NCBI GenBank assembly: GCA_964016885.1
Contig: OZ024742.1
Location: 245,582,001-245,646,000, forward strand
Direction of reading: 5' to 3'
Length of the DNA: 64,000 bases
DNA from: Eledone cirrhosa
Lineage: Eukaryota
Position 1 is the stretch's first letter; each line of letters starts with the position of its first letter. The position numbers and the translations under genes are program-made. This document shows, piece after piece, positions 10,826-22,362 of the stretch. The notes beneath the pieces were generated by a model. The model was not told where the DNA came from and did not search any database. It was given only the letters and a program-made list of their open reading frames with translations.

Positions 10826-11734
10826 AGTATATACTTAGAAATACTTCTACTTGGAGTTGCGACTGATAGATAGTATTAGTAATTGGAAAGACCAACGGAA
10901 ACATTGTTTCCTTGGTCCAATTTGACGAAAGTCAATCGACTGTCGATACTTAGACAAACCTTTTTTTTTTCGTAGTCTGAAACATCTAATGCAATAAATA
11001 ATATGAAGAGACTTAAACTTTACAAGTTGTTTTACAAATATTGATTGAATTTTGGGGGTTTGTCAACAGCTGTGGACCCAAATTAAAGACAACAGCAAGT
11101 TGTAGATATAGTAACAAGTGTCTTCAACCAAAGAGCTTTCATTGATTTGAGAGATTAGTATGACAATATTAAAACTTGCCATGTCATCACCATCATTATC
11201 ATCATCATCATCATCATTATTATCATCATCATTATCCTTTTACATCTGTTTTTTTCCATATTTGCAGGGTTGAATGTGTCTTCTCCAACACAGCTGCCTT
11301 CACATGTTGTCTTCCTTCATCTTTTCCTCTGTGAGGTTCAGTTATTTGAGATCAGCTCTTATCATTTCAGCCCAGGTTTTCCTTGGCCTTCTTCTACTGC
11401 AGCTTCCTTCCACTGGCATCTTAGGACTTCTTCATTCAACCATCATCATCCATAAACACTGTGTCCATACCAGCCATAGTTTTGTTATAGTTTACTTTAC
11501 ACCCCCACTACCCCACACATCTCTTTTAAATAGCTTAAATACCTCTTGATTTTCTATCAACACAATAAGAAGAAAAAGGGAGCAAAGAAAAATAGATATC
11601 ATCTCATTCTGTTTTGACAGATAAAGACTAAATATAGACATCATCTAACAGGGGGAGGAGTCCCAGAAGGTAGAATGGCTGATGCTGCAGTAGGTATCTC
11701 TGGCTCTTCTATACAGCAATGTTATTCAACATCT

Positions 11735-11967
11735 TGTCCACAGGGTACAAATAAGATGTTCCACCCAGCTAATGGTGTAAAGTTGGTCCTGTGTGGTCCA
11801 CAAGGTACAAATAAGATGTACCACCCAGTTAATGGTGTAAAGTTGGTTCTATGTGGTCTACTGGGTACAAGTAAGATGTACCACCCAGTTAATGGTATAA
11901 AGTTGGTCCCGTGTGGTCCACAGGGCATAAATAAGATATACTGCCCATTAACTGGGTGGTACATCTT
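11735..11967. repeat. 60-bp minisatellite (about 3.5 copies) ending in a short inverted copy
   Basis: GGTACAAATAAGATGTACCACCCAGTTAATGGTGTAAAGTTGGTCCTGTGTGGTCCACA repeats at a 60-bp period. CCATTAACTGGGTGGTACATCTT at 11945-11967 is its reverse complement. Confidence 0.9.
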
Positions 11968-12169
11968 AGTATCAACTAAGAACCAATGCAGTACACCCAG
12001 GGCTTTTGTAGAATTTCCATCAACCCAAGTTCAATGACAAATCTTTAATCTACCCAATATTGTAGGAGAGAAAACTTGGCACCTAGTAATATTGATCTAA
12101 GAACTGTTGGTAACAGAGGTAAAATAATTACAACAATAAATTTTCATATTTCATTGGGCTTAAACAAAA

Positions 12170-12920
12170 TAATTGTTTCTACTTTTGGCACAAGGCCAGC
12201 AATTTTAAAGGAAGAGAAAAGTTGATTAAATCAACCCCAGTGTGTTATTGGTACTTTATTTTATGGACCTTGTAAGGATGAAAGGCAAAGCTAACATCAG
12301 TGGAATTTGGACTCAGAACATAAAGGACTGTAACTATATGCTGCACAGCATTTTGTCCAACACTCTCTCGATACTGCCTATCCATCACCCGGGGCTTATA
12401 CAAAATAATTGTTTCTTATATAGGCACAAAGCCAGCAATTTCGGGGGGGAAGGGAAAGTCGATTAAATCGACCCCCACTGCGTGACTGGTACTTTATTTT
12501 ATCGACCCCGTAAGGATGAAAGGCAAAGTTGACCTCGGCGGGATTTGAAAGGGCTTATACAAAATAATGTTTTCTAGTATAGGCACAAGGCCAGTAATTT
12601 TGGGGGAGGGGAAAGTCGATTAAATCGACCCCAGTACATTACTGGTGCTTTATTTTATCGACCCCGTAAGGATGAAAGACGAAATTAACCACAGCGGGAT
12701 TTGAAAGGGCTTATACAAAATAATTGTTTCTACTTTAGGCACAAGGCCAGCAATTACTCAGTACATTACTGGTACTTTATTTTATCGACGCCGTAAGGAT
12801 GAAAGGCAAAGTTAACCTCGGCAGGATTTGAACTCAGACTGTAAAGGGACGTAACTATGCTAGAAAGCATGGCGTCCAACCCTCTACCGATACTGCCAAT
12901 TCACCGGGCTTATACAAAAT
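12170..12920 (-). mobile_element. Head-to-tail cluster of about 4 SINE family A copies
   Basis: Repeated GGCACAAGGCCAGCAATT...CTGGTACTTTATTTTATCGACCCCGTAAGGATGAAAGGCAAAGTT...GGATTTGAA (B box on minus), separated by GGGCTTATACAAAATAAT. Confidence 0.85.
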
Positions 12921-13444
12921 AATAAAATGAATACATATTTTGAAGATAAAAATGGCTAATACATTGAAATAAGATTAATGAAACAAATTTTTATTTGTAT
13001 ATTTCCAATAAGGAAATGTACAAATCACAAAGGAAATGTACAATTCACAGGCTGTTTCATGCTATTGCAACGTCACCAGGGCACAAGTGAGGTGTTCCAT
13101 CCAACCAAGGGAGTAGAGCTTTTTGCCACCCCATTTATTTTTTTATGTTTACTCTCTTCCTTTCTGTAAATATATACAACTGATGTGCATAGATAATGAT
13201 AGTTGGGTGAAGAAGGGGCAAGAAATCCCAGTGGAAAGAAGCTGCAGTAAAGGAAGACCTGGGCAGAAGTCATGAGAGCTGATTTCAAATCCCTGAAGCT
13301 CATGGTAAAGATGACAAAGGATTGTGATGAGTGGAGAGATGTTGTGCTGAAAACACCTATCCAACCTATGCAAGTATAAAATAATGATAATAATAAAGTT
13401 TGAATCAATAAAATGTTTTTTCTTTCATATCTAACGGCCTAATA

Positions 13445-13791
13445 TTTACACCAAATATTTTTCTATAATCCTATAATTACTTTGTCCCAAGTCAACTCTA
13501 CCCCACTCCAACTCCTTAACCTGTTTATAGCACAGAAAGACCATCAACACGTGACCACCTCTTAAAATCCGCGATGTTGTTGTTATTGTTGTTATTGTTG
13601 TTACTGCTGCTGCTCTTTTATTTTGATAGATCATGTTTTTAACTGACATTGTGTCAGTTCCAAGAAAGATTTCAGTGATGGTCACGTGTTGATGGTCTTT
13701 CTGTGCTATAAACAGGTTAAGGAGTTGGAGTGGGGTAGAGTTGACTTGGGACAAAGTAATTATAGGATTATAGAAAAATATTTGGTGTAAA
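13445..13791. repeat. Perfect 113-bp inverted repeat with 121-bp spacer
   Basis: 13445-13557 is the exact reverse complement of 13679-13791, checked base by base. Confidence 0.97.
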
Positions 13792-14207
13792 ATAAACCTT
13801 GCTATACTGTCTTAAGGTACTGGACAGTATCCAAAATAGAAACTGTCTGTTGTGGATACTCTCTGATCAATTTGCGCATCAGTATCGTGTCATTTAAAAA
13901 AAAATAATTTGAACACTGTCTATAACCAAGGCCCTAGATCTATAAGACCAGGGTTTAGCCAGTAAATCAGTCTAGGTCCTTGGAGAGCCAGGGACATATA
14001 AGAGTAGGGCTCAGCCAGTACATATAGGAGTAGGACATAGCCAGTACATATAAGTGTGTGATTTGGTTGTTATGTCTTACAGATCCATTCTATCTCTTTT
14101 GTATATTTATCCATACACACTCTCTAGTGTATCTTTATTTTTTAAGCGGTAGGATGTGATTTGAAGAAATGAGCCCAGTATAGATGAATAGTTAATTTCT
14201 TTAACTA

Positions 14208-14419
14208 TTAACATCCTGTAATTATTTAGTAGAAAATATCTAAAAATAGGTTTGTTAACTCAAATGTTTATTGTATCTTTACTAGTGAACAGATTGTTGT
14301 GAAAATTTGTAGTAAATTAAAAGAAAGAATTTAATTTTTATTCTGATTCAGTCAATGTGATGTTTTGTACTTTTTAAGAATACCTTGCTTATGTGGTTTC
14401 ATGCAATACAGGACGTTAA
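14208..14419 (+). mobile_element. TTAA-flanked MITE, family 2 (copies about 24498-24935, 39665-39844, 52198-52395)
   Basis: Termini TTAACATCCTGTA...TACAGGACGTTAA, with shared internal TTAGCAGAAAATATCTAAAAA and TCAAATGTTT motifs. Confidence 0.7.
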
Positions 14420-16878
14420 GAGTTAAAAAGCTTGTAATAGGCATGTCATTGACATGCATACATGTATTTTTTTTTAAATAAATGTTTACAGATAAGCTTT
14501 TTATAACATGATATTGGAAGGAGATTTTTTCCAAAGTTCATTATATGTCACTGCTGATACCTATGTATCTGCTGATCTCTCACATAGAGGCTCTTTCATA
14601 TTTTGTTTGTTTTTCTACAAATAATCTTATTTTTTAAATAACCAGATTCATATTGAATTACATATATATATATAAATTAAATCTAACAAAGATATCTGTT
14701 TACAATCTGTCTAGCTCTGACCACTGTCTACTCACTCAATGAATTTATAAATATCATATGAGAGCTCTTAGTGTAGGTACAATTAATAGACCCAAACTGT
14801 ATACTTTCCATGAGACGTCCTGTGCACAACAGTTGCATCGCAAGTGTTACTCACCGAAGTCATGCAATATTTTCAGTATATGAGGAACAAATCGATACTG
14901 GAGTGGGGTCATAACCCCTATGGGCCACCTTGAGCCTATCTTCTGCGAAACGCGCTTAATACACAATAAATATTTTTCATATGTAAATGAAACTTCCTAA
15001 TTTTTTCTATTATATACACCCTGTCGGTGCATTTGAGTGCTTGATCTGGTACCAACACCAGTATTTCATCGTACTACCTACACTATATATATATAATGAG
15101 TATAACCAAAGTTGCAGCTGCTCAATAGCAGATGAATATTCGAATTATAATTCGATTGTTATAACAAGAGGCTGTCACAAAGCACTCAATGAGTGAGTAA
15201 TTGATAAATTTCTCCTCAGAGTGAACACAAAAAGTTAAGTAATAGTGACACCATGAATAAAGCGACCAGAGGCCTGTTGCCACAGTAATACAACAACAAC
15301 GCTATACACTAACAGGTTGAAAAACAAACCTGGACCATCTCAATAGATATGAATTGATAGATGCAGACATAGCTGTGTGGTTAGGGAGTTTGAAGTTTGG
15401 TTCAGAACCATGCATTATCATGTTCAGTCCCATTGCTTGGCACTTTGTGCAAGTGCCTTTCACAATAGCCATGGGCCAACTAATACCTTGTTAATGAATT
15501 TGGTAGAAAGATATTGTAAGGAAACTTTGCAACACATGGGAGTGTGGAAAACCTGATGTAAAAACGATGATAATGATAATGATGATACATATATATGTAT
15601 GTACTACTAAAACTCAGTGATTGTGTCGTGTCTGTAATTTAATACACCAGAATGGGAAAATACTTTGCTTGGGTGGGTGTATGTCTGATGCTGCAAATAT
15701 CATATTGACAATAGTTATAAAGTCTGCAGTGACAATTGTATCTGTCTGCCATAGAATAATACATTCTGCAGCACAGCAATTTAATAAAACTTGGAATCAG
15801 GTATGGACTGGTGCCAGAATAAGCATTTGGCTGTAGAAAAACATGCCAGAATACAAATACTTCATCCAAGCCAAGCAAGCATGGAAAAATGGATGTAATA
15901 AAGATGATGATGATAGTGATGTAGCTAGTCAAGCATACATTGAAATATTTTGTTATAAAGCAAAGTTTTAGAAAACTAAACAATATTTTTCACTCTGCTT
16001 AGTAATTATTGACAAAACATTTTAAACTTCCTGGCTTTAGTAGTTTGAAATACCAGAGTAGACATTTAAGCAAGTAAACAAACTGAATAAAAACAGTGGC
16101 AAAACATTTGTTGATGCTTGAAAATATTTGCAGTAAAAAATAATGGTTGTGATGCACAAAAAATAATGAAAAACTCAATAAATTTTTTTTACTACTGCTT
16201 AATCCTCCTAAAACCATCCCTGGTTCTGTGATACAAAATTGCTTGTTTGGTAGTGTTTATATTTATCTAAAAACTTTCCATCATAAAAAAACTTTGTTAA
16301 GTTATATTCTGAACACCAGATTATTAATGAGAAAGTTAGTTATATTACTAAATTTCTTCAATGCCTTGATTTTCTAAATTATTTAAAAACCATTGGCAGT
16401 ATCTTTCATTAGAGATATGGTAATAAAAGAGCTAAGGGGTTAAAATGTGTTCATTGATATAGCAATTTTTATGATGAAACTCAAACATAGAAAGGAATAA
16501 ATATCAACTGGGTGGATGATATAAAACAAAATATAGATTGGAATAGACACACTGTATCTTTTCCTATCAGAAGGTAACTAAATGAGTGGACTTTCCTATC
16601 AGGAGGTAACTAAATGAGTGGCCATAAAATACTGCTTCAAAGAAGTACCATCTAACCATCTAACCAATGCAGGCATAGCTCTGTTGTTAAATGGCTCACT
16701 TCACAACCACATGGTTTCAGATTCAGTCCCACTGTGTGGTATCTTGGTTTGTGTCTAAAATTTGTTAGACAGAAACTGTGTTGAAGCTTGTCGTTTATAT
16801 ATATACTTCGCAACAAAGATGCCTCTGAAAAATTCTGGGCATTTAATGGCAAGACAAAATCACAAACGAAGATGTGCT

Positions 16879-17978
16879 AACTCTCTGCAATGGGTGTGAA
16901 GGATGATCTTTTTAACTGGTTGAAGTCCTTCATTCTCAGTCGAAGAGAGGTAGTCACGGTTCTGGGACAGCATTCCTCACCATATGAGATCTGTTCTTGG
17001 CCCCCTTTTGTTTGTGGCATATATTAATGACATAGATGCCAACTTAAGGAATGCCACAGTACTAAAGTACGCAGACGACATCAAGCTGTACCTTGAGATA
17101 AAAAGGACAGATCCTGAACACTATAGATCTTGCTTGCAGTCTGACCTGGACACAATGCAACAGTGGATCTCAGACTGGCAACTCAAGCTAGCTGTGGACA
17201 AGTGCACCACCATGCATTTTGGGAGTAAAAACCCAGCGTCCACATACTCCCTCCACAGCACTAATATCAAGAAGTCTTCCTGTGAATGTGACCTGGGCAT
17301 TACGGTCAGCAGCGATTTGCGTTGGACGAGGCACGTCTCTAAAATTGTCAAGAGGGCCGAGGGTGTCTTAGCATCACTCAGCAAGACCTTTGTCAGCCGC
17401 TCTCCAGATATCTATTTAAGCCTGTATACAGCTATGGTGCGACCACACTTAGAATTTGCATCACCAGTCTGGAACCCCTATCTTGCTCAGGACATTGACC
17501 GCCTGGAAACTGTTCAGAGACGTGCAACCAAGCGAATACCCTCCATCAGGCATCTACCATACTCTGAGCGCCTTGCTTCCCTGGGCATGGATTCATTGAA
17601 GCTCCGACGCCTGGCAACTGACTTGGTAAACACCCACAAAATTGTTAACCATGTTGCCAACAACAACCCTGAGTACCTTTTCGATTTCCATGTGTCTAAC
17701 ACACGTGGACATGCCCACAAAGTAAGAAAACAGCACAGTTCCCATGACTTTCGGAAACATTTTTTCACGCTCAGAGTTGCTGAAGCATGGAACAAACTAC
17801 CTGCATCAGTTGTTAGACACTGCATCCTTTAAGGCCTCCATGTTTCCCGAGATCCGCCAACAGAACAGCTAACACATACACACATGTACTTCCCTGACAT
17901 TTGTGTATTATTCTATGTACTATATTGACGAGTTGTAGTGCACCTGAGCACTTTACACAATAATTTCATTATTATTAT
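16879..17978 (+). mobile_element. 5'-truncated copy of the CR1 element at 1964-5424
   Basis: Nearly identical to about 4277-5410, with 23-nt and 8-nt internal deletions. YADD is retained and the (ATT)n tail is present. Confidence 0.95.
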
Positions 17979-18262
17979 AAGAGACAATGCCATACATCTG
18001 AATCTTGTCATCAAGGGCAGAAGAATGTAGCTGGCAGGACATGCCCTACAAATGCAGCACAATATCCCAGCAAGAACTGCAATGACATGGTTACCAGCTG
18101 GTGGGAAAAGACCAAAGGGTAGGCCAAAGAAGACCTGGGGATCTACAATAAAAGATGACCTGTGCAGGTGTAGCACCCAACCTTTATCAATGACAGAAGA
18201 AGATGGAAGAGCATAGTGGCCTATTGCTGGGAGGCTGGAGTAACCAGATGGTCAGATATATA

Positions 18263-19569
18263 CAGGGTGCGGACGATATTTGTTCACAATTTTCAACTGC
18301 TAATTTTATGCAAATTTTTTTTACTTCCGTTGTCACTCTTGTCTTCATAAAAACAGTGACTATATTTCCATTATTTATTTTCAGAATAATTGATTATGAA
18401 TAATTTTGAACCTCCAAATTTGTGGAAGAGACACGGAGTTCTTCTTGGAATCCGCGCCGGGAGCACAAATAAGGAAATTTCAGACTTTCTCAGCATCAGC
18501 AGGAGAATGGTGGAAAAGGTCAGAAAGGAATTGGAAGATTCAGGATTTGACTACGAAGCAACATCAGAGAGGAAAACACATGATCAACGATCTGACGCCT
18601 TCAGAACGCCTGAGTTTGTTGCTGAAGTTCAGGATATCATCAACAATGAACCTAGCAAGTCGATGCGTGCCATTGCAAGGGAGAAAGGCGTGGATGAAAA
18701 GCTCATTAGGCTGGTGGTACATGAAGACATTCGCTACGTTACATACAAGATGAGGAAAGGACAATTTCTGTCAAAGGCGATGCAAGAAAAGCGACTGAAG
18801 CACGCAAAGAAGCTGATCAGCAAGTTGAAACACCCACTGGAGCCAGACATGCTGTGGTTTTTCTCCGACGAGAAAAACTTCTGCCAAGACCAGAAGATCA
18901 ACTCCCAGAACAACAGGTGGCTCGCTGTCTCATCCAAAGACGTGCCCAGAGTCACGCAGACAAAGTTTCCAGCGACAACATTGGTCTTAGGTGTCGTCAG
19001 CAGTCAAGGTGACGTCATGCCACCTCACTTCTTCCTTGAGGGCCTCAAGCTGAACACCGATGGCTACATCCGTGTTCTGAGCGAGGTAGTAAAGCCCTGG
19101 ATCGACCAGGTAGATGCAGGTAGGCCGTATGTGTGGCAGCAAGACTCAGCACCCTGCCATACCAGCCGAAAGACCCAAGCCTGGCTGTCAGAGAACTTCA
19201 TCGACCACACTTCACCTGACATTTGGCCTCCCAGCTCGCCTGACTGTAACCCCCTCAACTTCTTTGTGTGGGGTGCAGTGGAACGAGACACCAACAGATC
19301 TATCTGCAATATGAAAGACGATCTGAAGGCCAGGATCACAAGTGCCTTTAGGGGCCTAAGTCGGGGGACAGTGACGAAGGCCTGTAGCCGGTTCCGAGGC
19401 TGCCTTGAGGCCGTCATCAAAGCCAATGGCAGGTTTATCGAGTGAGATCGAAAGAACAAGTCATGAAGTCAAACTGACCCAAGTTTGATAAATAAATCTT
19501 AAAAAATAAAACTACTGTGTTATTTTTTCCTAGACAGTAATCTTGCGAACAAATATCGTTCGCACCCTG
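18263..19569 (+). mobile_element. Full-length Tc1/mariner DNA transposon, DD37D (maT) family, 1307 bp
   Basis: 27-bp TIRs CAGGGTGCG(G/A)ACGATATTTGTTC(A/G)CAA with 2 mismatches, flanked by TA at 18261-18262 and 19570-19571. Confidence 0.95.
18396..19445 (+). CDS. DD37D-type transposase; open frame, but the third catalytic Asp is Asn
   Basis: N-terminal HTH-like region and motifs FFSDEKNF, WQQDSAPCH and WPPSSPDCNPLNFFVWG, with 37 residues between the second D and the third catalytic position. Confidence 0.92.
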   Translation: MNNFEPPNLWKRHGVLLGIRAGSTNKEISDFLSISRRMVEKVRKELEDSGFDYEATSERKTHDQRSDAFRTPEFVAEVQDIINNEPSKSMRAIAREKGVDEKLIRLVVHEDIRYVTYKMRKGQFLSKAMQEKRLKHAKKLISKLKHPLEPDMLWFFSDEKNFCQDQKINSQNNRWLAVSSKDVPRVTQTKFPATTLVLGVVSSQGDVMPPHFFLEGLKLNTDGYIRVLSEVVKPWIDQVDAGRPYVWQQDSAPCHTSRKTQAWLSENFIDHTSPDIWPPSSPDCNPLNFFVWGAVERDTNRSICNMKDDLKARITSAFRGLSRGTVTKACSRFRGCLEAVIKANGRFIE

Positions 19570-21147
19570 TATATATGTGTGTGAGTGTGGTCAGCATAGA
19601 AAGCAGATGTAAAATGATGTGACTCTGTATCTGTGCTTACGTTTGCTGGAAAAATAGACATTAAACAGCGATAATGATGTTTGCTTATGTCCTATAACCT
19701 AGTGGTTTGACAAAAAGAGATTAATAAGATAAATACAAGACTTAACAAAAAAAATAAATACTTGGAGTCAGATTGATCAACTAAATCTCTTCAAGGCAAT
19801 GCCCTAGCATAGCCAGTGTCTAATAACTAGAATCAGTAAAAGAATACATTTTTTTAAAAATATTTCTGACTCGGACAAAATTAAAAGGTTCAATCAAAAG
19901 AAACATACTATGAGATATTTGAAAATATAGTCACCACAATGCAGATAACTAAAATAGTTGAATAAATCAAGTAAAGAACCCTTGAAGAAGGAAGTGTAGA
20001 GATGCATGCAGAGAATTAAATGATACACCTCTCATATGCCGAGTAAACATCATTTAACCATTATACTCAGCAGGCATCTCTGTCCACTTTTTTTTTTCCA
20101 TCTCCAGCGGTACTTTACTTGGTTTATTCAACTATTATTTATAGTTATCAACTATTATTTTGGTTAGCTGCATTGTCGTGGCTATATTTTCAAACATCTT
20201 TTAGTATGTTTCACTTAATTGAACCTTTTAATCTTGTCCCCATCTATTTTTTAATTCTTTTATTGGTTCCAGTAATTAGACTGTGGCCATGCTGGGGCAT
20301 TGCCTTGAAGAGTTTAGTTGTTCATATTGACCTCAAGTATTTCTTCTTTTGTCAAGTCTGGTACTTATTTTATTAATTCCCAATGCTTCATAAGTCAACC
20401 AAGCCTTGTTTATTCTACAAGATATATTGACGAAGGTGTATTGATATGGGATTAATAATAATTCACTATACAATTGTTTGGAATGTCAACCACTAAGCCT
20501 TCTTCCATTTAAAAGTATTGTACAAATTGCTATTATATAGAACGAAAATACCCAAACAAATGATTTTAAATCTGACACTTGGTTAGACATAAGAACAGTG
20601 CAAATCCTGGTACTGCTTTATAAGTTACCGTATATACTTCAATAAAAGTTGACCACCTCTTTAATGTCTGAGAAATAGGCAAAAATCCACACCTTGTTTA
20701 TAAGCCGAGGCAGCTAATCAACATATTATTTTTAGATGGCGTAGTTTTGAAATTCTCATGAGCATAAAATATATTTATGAAGTTTTAATATTTTGATATT
20801 TAAAATATTTTAAGTGCTATTTGGAGTATAGTTTTTGTTTCCCAACTCCCATACATAATGATTTTTTTTTTACCAATTTCCAACTATTTTGAAGGCCATA
20901 TTTATTCAAAACATATAAAAAAAACAATAGGAAATATGAATTTCATGATGATGACAGATAAACCAGTGTAATATTCAGGAGCGGTGTCAGGCAGGACCCA
21001 TCCCTACTTACGGATAATTGTGTCCTGCATAATCAAAAACCGGATGATTATATTCACTTATGTTTTAATTTTGTAACAGTATATAATACTATGATATCTC
21101 AAAGTCTGTTGTCATGGATTCATGACCTGGCTACTGACACACTGTTC

Positions 21148-21365
21148 TAATAATGATTTCTAGTATAGGCACAAGGCCAGTAATTTAGGGGGAGGGGAAA
21201 GTCAATTAAATCAGCCTCAGTGCAATACTGGTACTTTATTTCATCAACCCCGTAAGGATGAAAGGCAAAGTTAACCTCGGTGGGATTTGAACTCAGAAGG
21301 TAAAGAGATGTAACTATGCCGCGAAGCAAGATGTCCGACGCTCTACCAATTCTGCCAATCCACTA
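21148..21365 (-). mobile_element. SINE family A, near full-length
   Basis: A-box-like TGGCAGAATTGG and B-box GAGTTCAAATCC on minus, the GCCTTTCATCCTTACGGGG core, and an ATT tail. Confidence 0.85.
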
Positions 21366-21495
21366 ATGCTGAATCTTTTTAGCCCAGACGTGAAAACATC
21401 AATCCTTTTGATACCAACCTGCTCAAAACCCACTCTGGATCTATGAAACAAAACAACCCATTTTAAAGGATTCCTATATAAATAAAAATCTCCCA

Positions 21496-21571
21496 ACAAT
21501 TTTAAATAAGAATGTTAAGTTGTTATATGGTTGGAACCATATAACAACTTAACATTCTTACTTAAAATTGT
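21496..21571. repeat. Near-perfect palindrome: 37-bp arms, 1 mismatch, 2-nt centre
   Basis: ACAATTTTAAATAAGAATGTTAAGTTGTTATATGGTT-GG-AACCATATAACAACTTAACATTCTTACTTAAAATTGT. Confidence 0.95.
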
Positions 21572-22169
21572 GCAAGAATTGCAGGAGCTGGTACAGTACT
21601 GTGCCGTCATCAGCATTCAGTGATCAGAAGAAGGGAGGTAAGTGAAAAAGTCAAACTTGCTATCTTCAATACGGTATTTGTGCCAACCCTTACCAATAGT
21701 CATGAATCTTGGGTATTGACCGAAAGAATACAATTGAGACTACAATCGGCCAAAATGGGGTTCCTCCGAAGGGTCTTTGGAGTAACATAACCTGATAAAG
21801 TATGAGCTCAGAGATCAGAGAGTTCTCTCCAGGTAGAGCTGCTACTTCTCCAGATTGAGAGATCACAACTCCAATATTATGGGTATGGGGTTAGAATGTC
21901 ACAGGAAAGAATCTCTAGACATATTTTACGGGCAAAACAAGATGGTTGAATAACATCCATGAATTTTTTGTTGTTCTCGCTTGGGGATTCAGCCGGATCA
22001 GTTAGAGATGGCTGCTTCAGACAGGACCCACTAGAAGAAATGTTTGAGGACTCTGCCTCTATGACCCTCTCAGGAATAAGTGGGCGAAGAAGTTATATTT
22101 GGGGATGGTCATGTTGCCAATATTGCCAATAAAAAACACACACACTATATGATTTTCACTTCATTATTA

Positions 22170-22357
22170 GTTGGATTGGCAGTATCAGTAGAGGGTCGGA
22201 CGCCATGCTTTCCAGCATAGTTACGTCCCTTTACGATCTGAGTTCAAATCCCGCCGAGGTTGACTTTGCCTTTCATCCTTACGGGGTCGATAAAATAAAG
22301 TACCAGTAATGCACTGGGTAATTGCTGGCCTTATGCCTAAAGTAGAAACAATTATTA
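22170..22357 (+). mobile_element. SINE family A, tRNA-derived (further copies about 31130-31600, 38165-38290, 42150-42310, 58300-58440)
   Basis: A box TGGCAGTATCAG, B box GAGTTCAAATCC, core GCCTTTCATCCTTACGGGGTCGATAAAATAAAGTACCAG and tail AGAAACAATTATT. Confidence 0.85.
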
Positions 22358-22362
22358 GTTAA

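Noticed and set aside
10840-10980. CpG-containing unique patch as an exon
   Set aside because: I found no convincing paired splice sites or recognisable peptide.
22170-22260. tRNA genes suggested by A and B boxes
   Set aside because: There is no cloverleaf, and the boxes continue into a SINE body and tail in many diverged copies.
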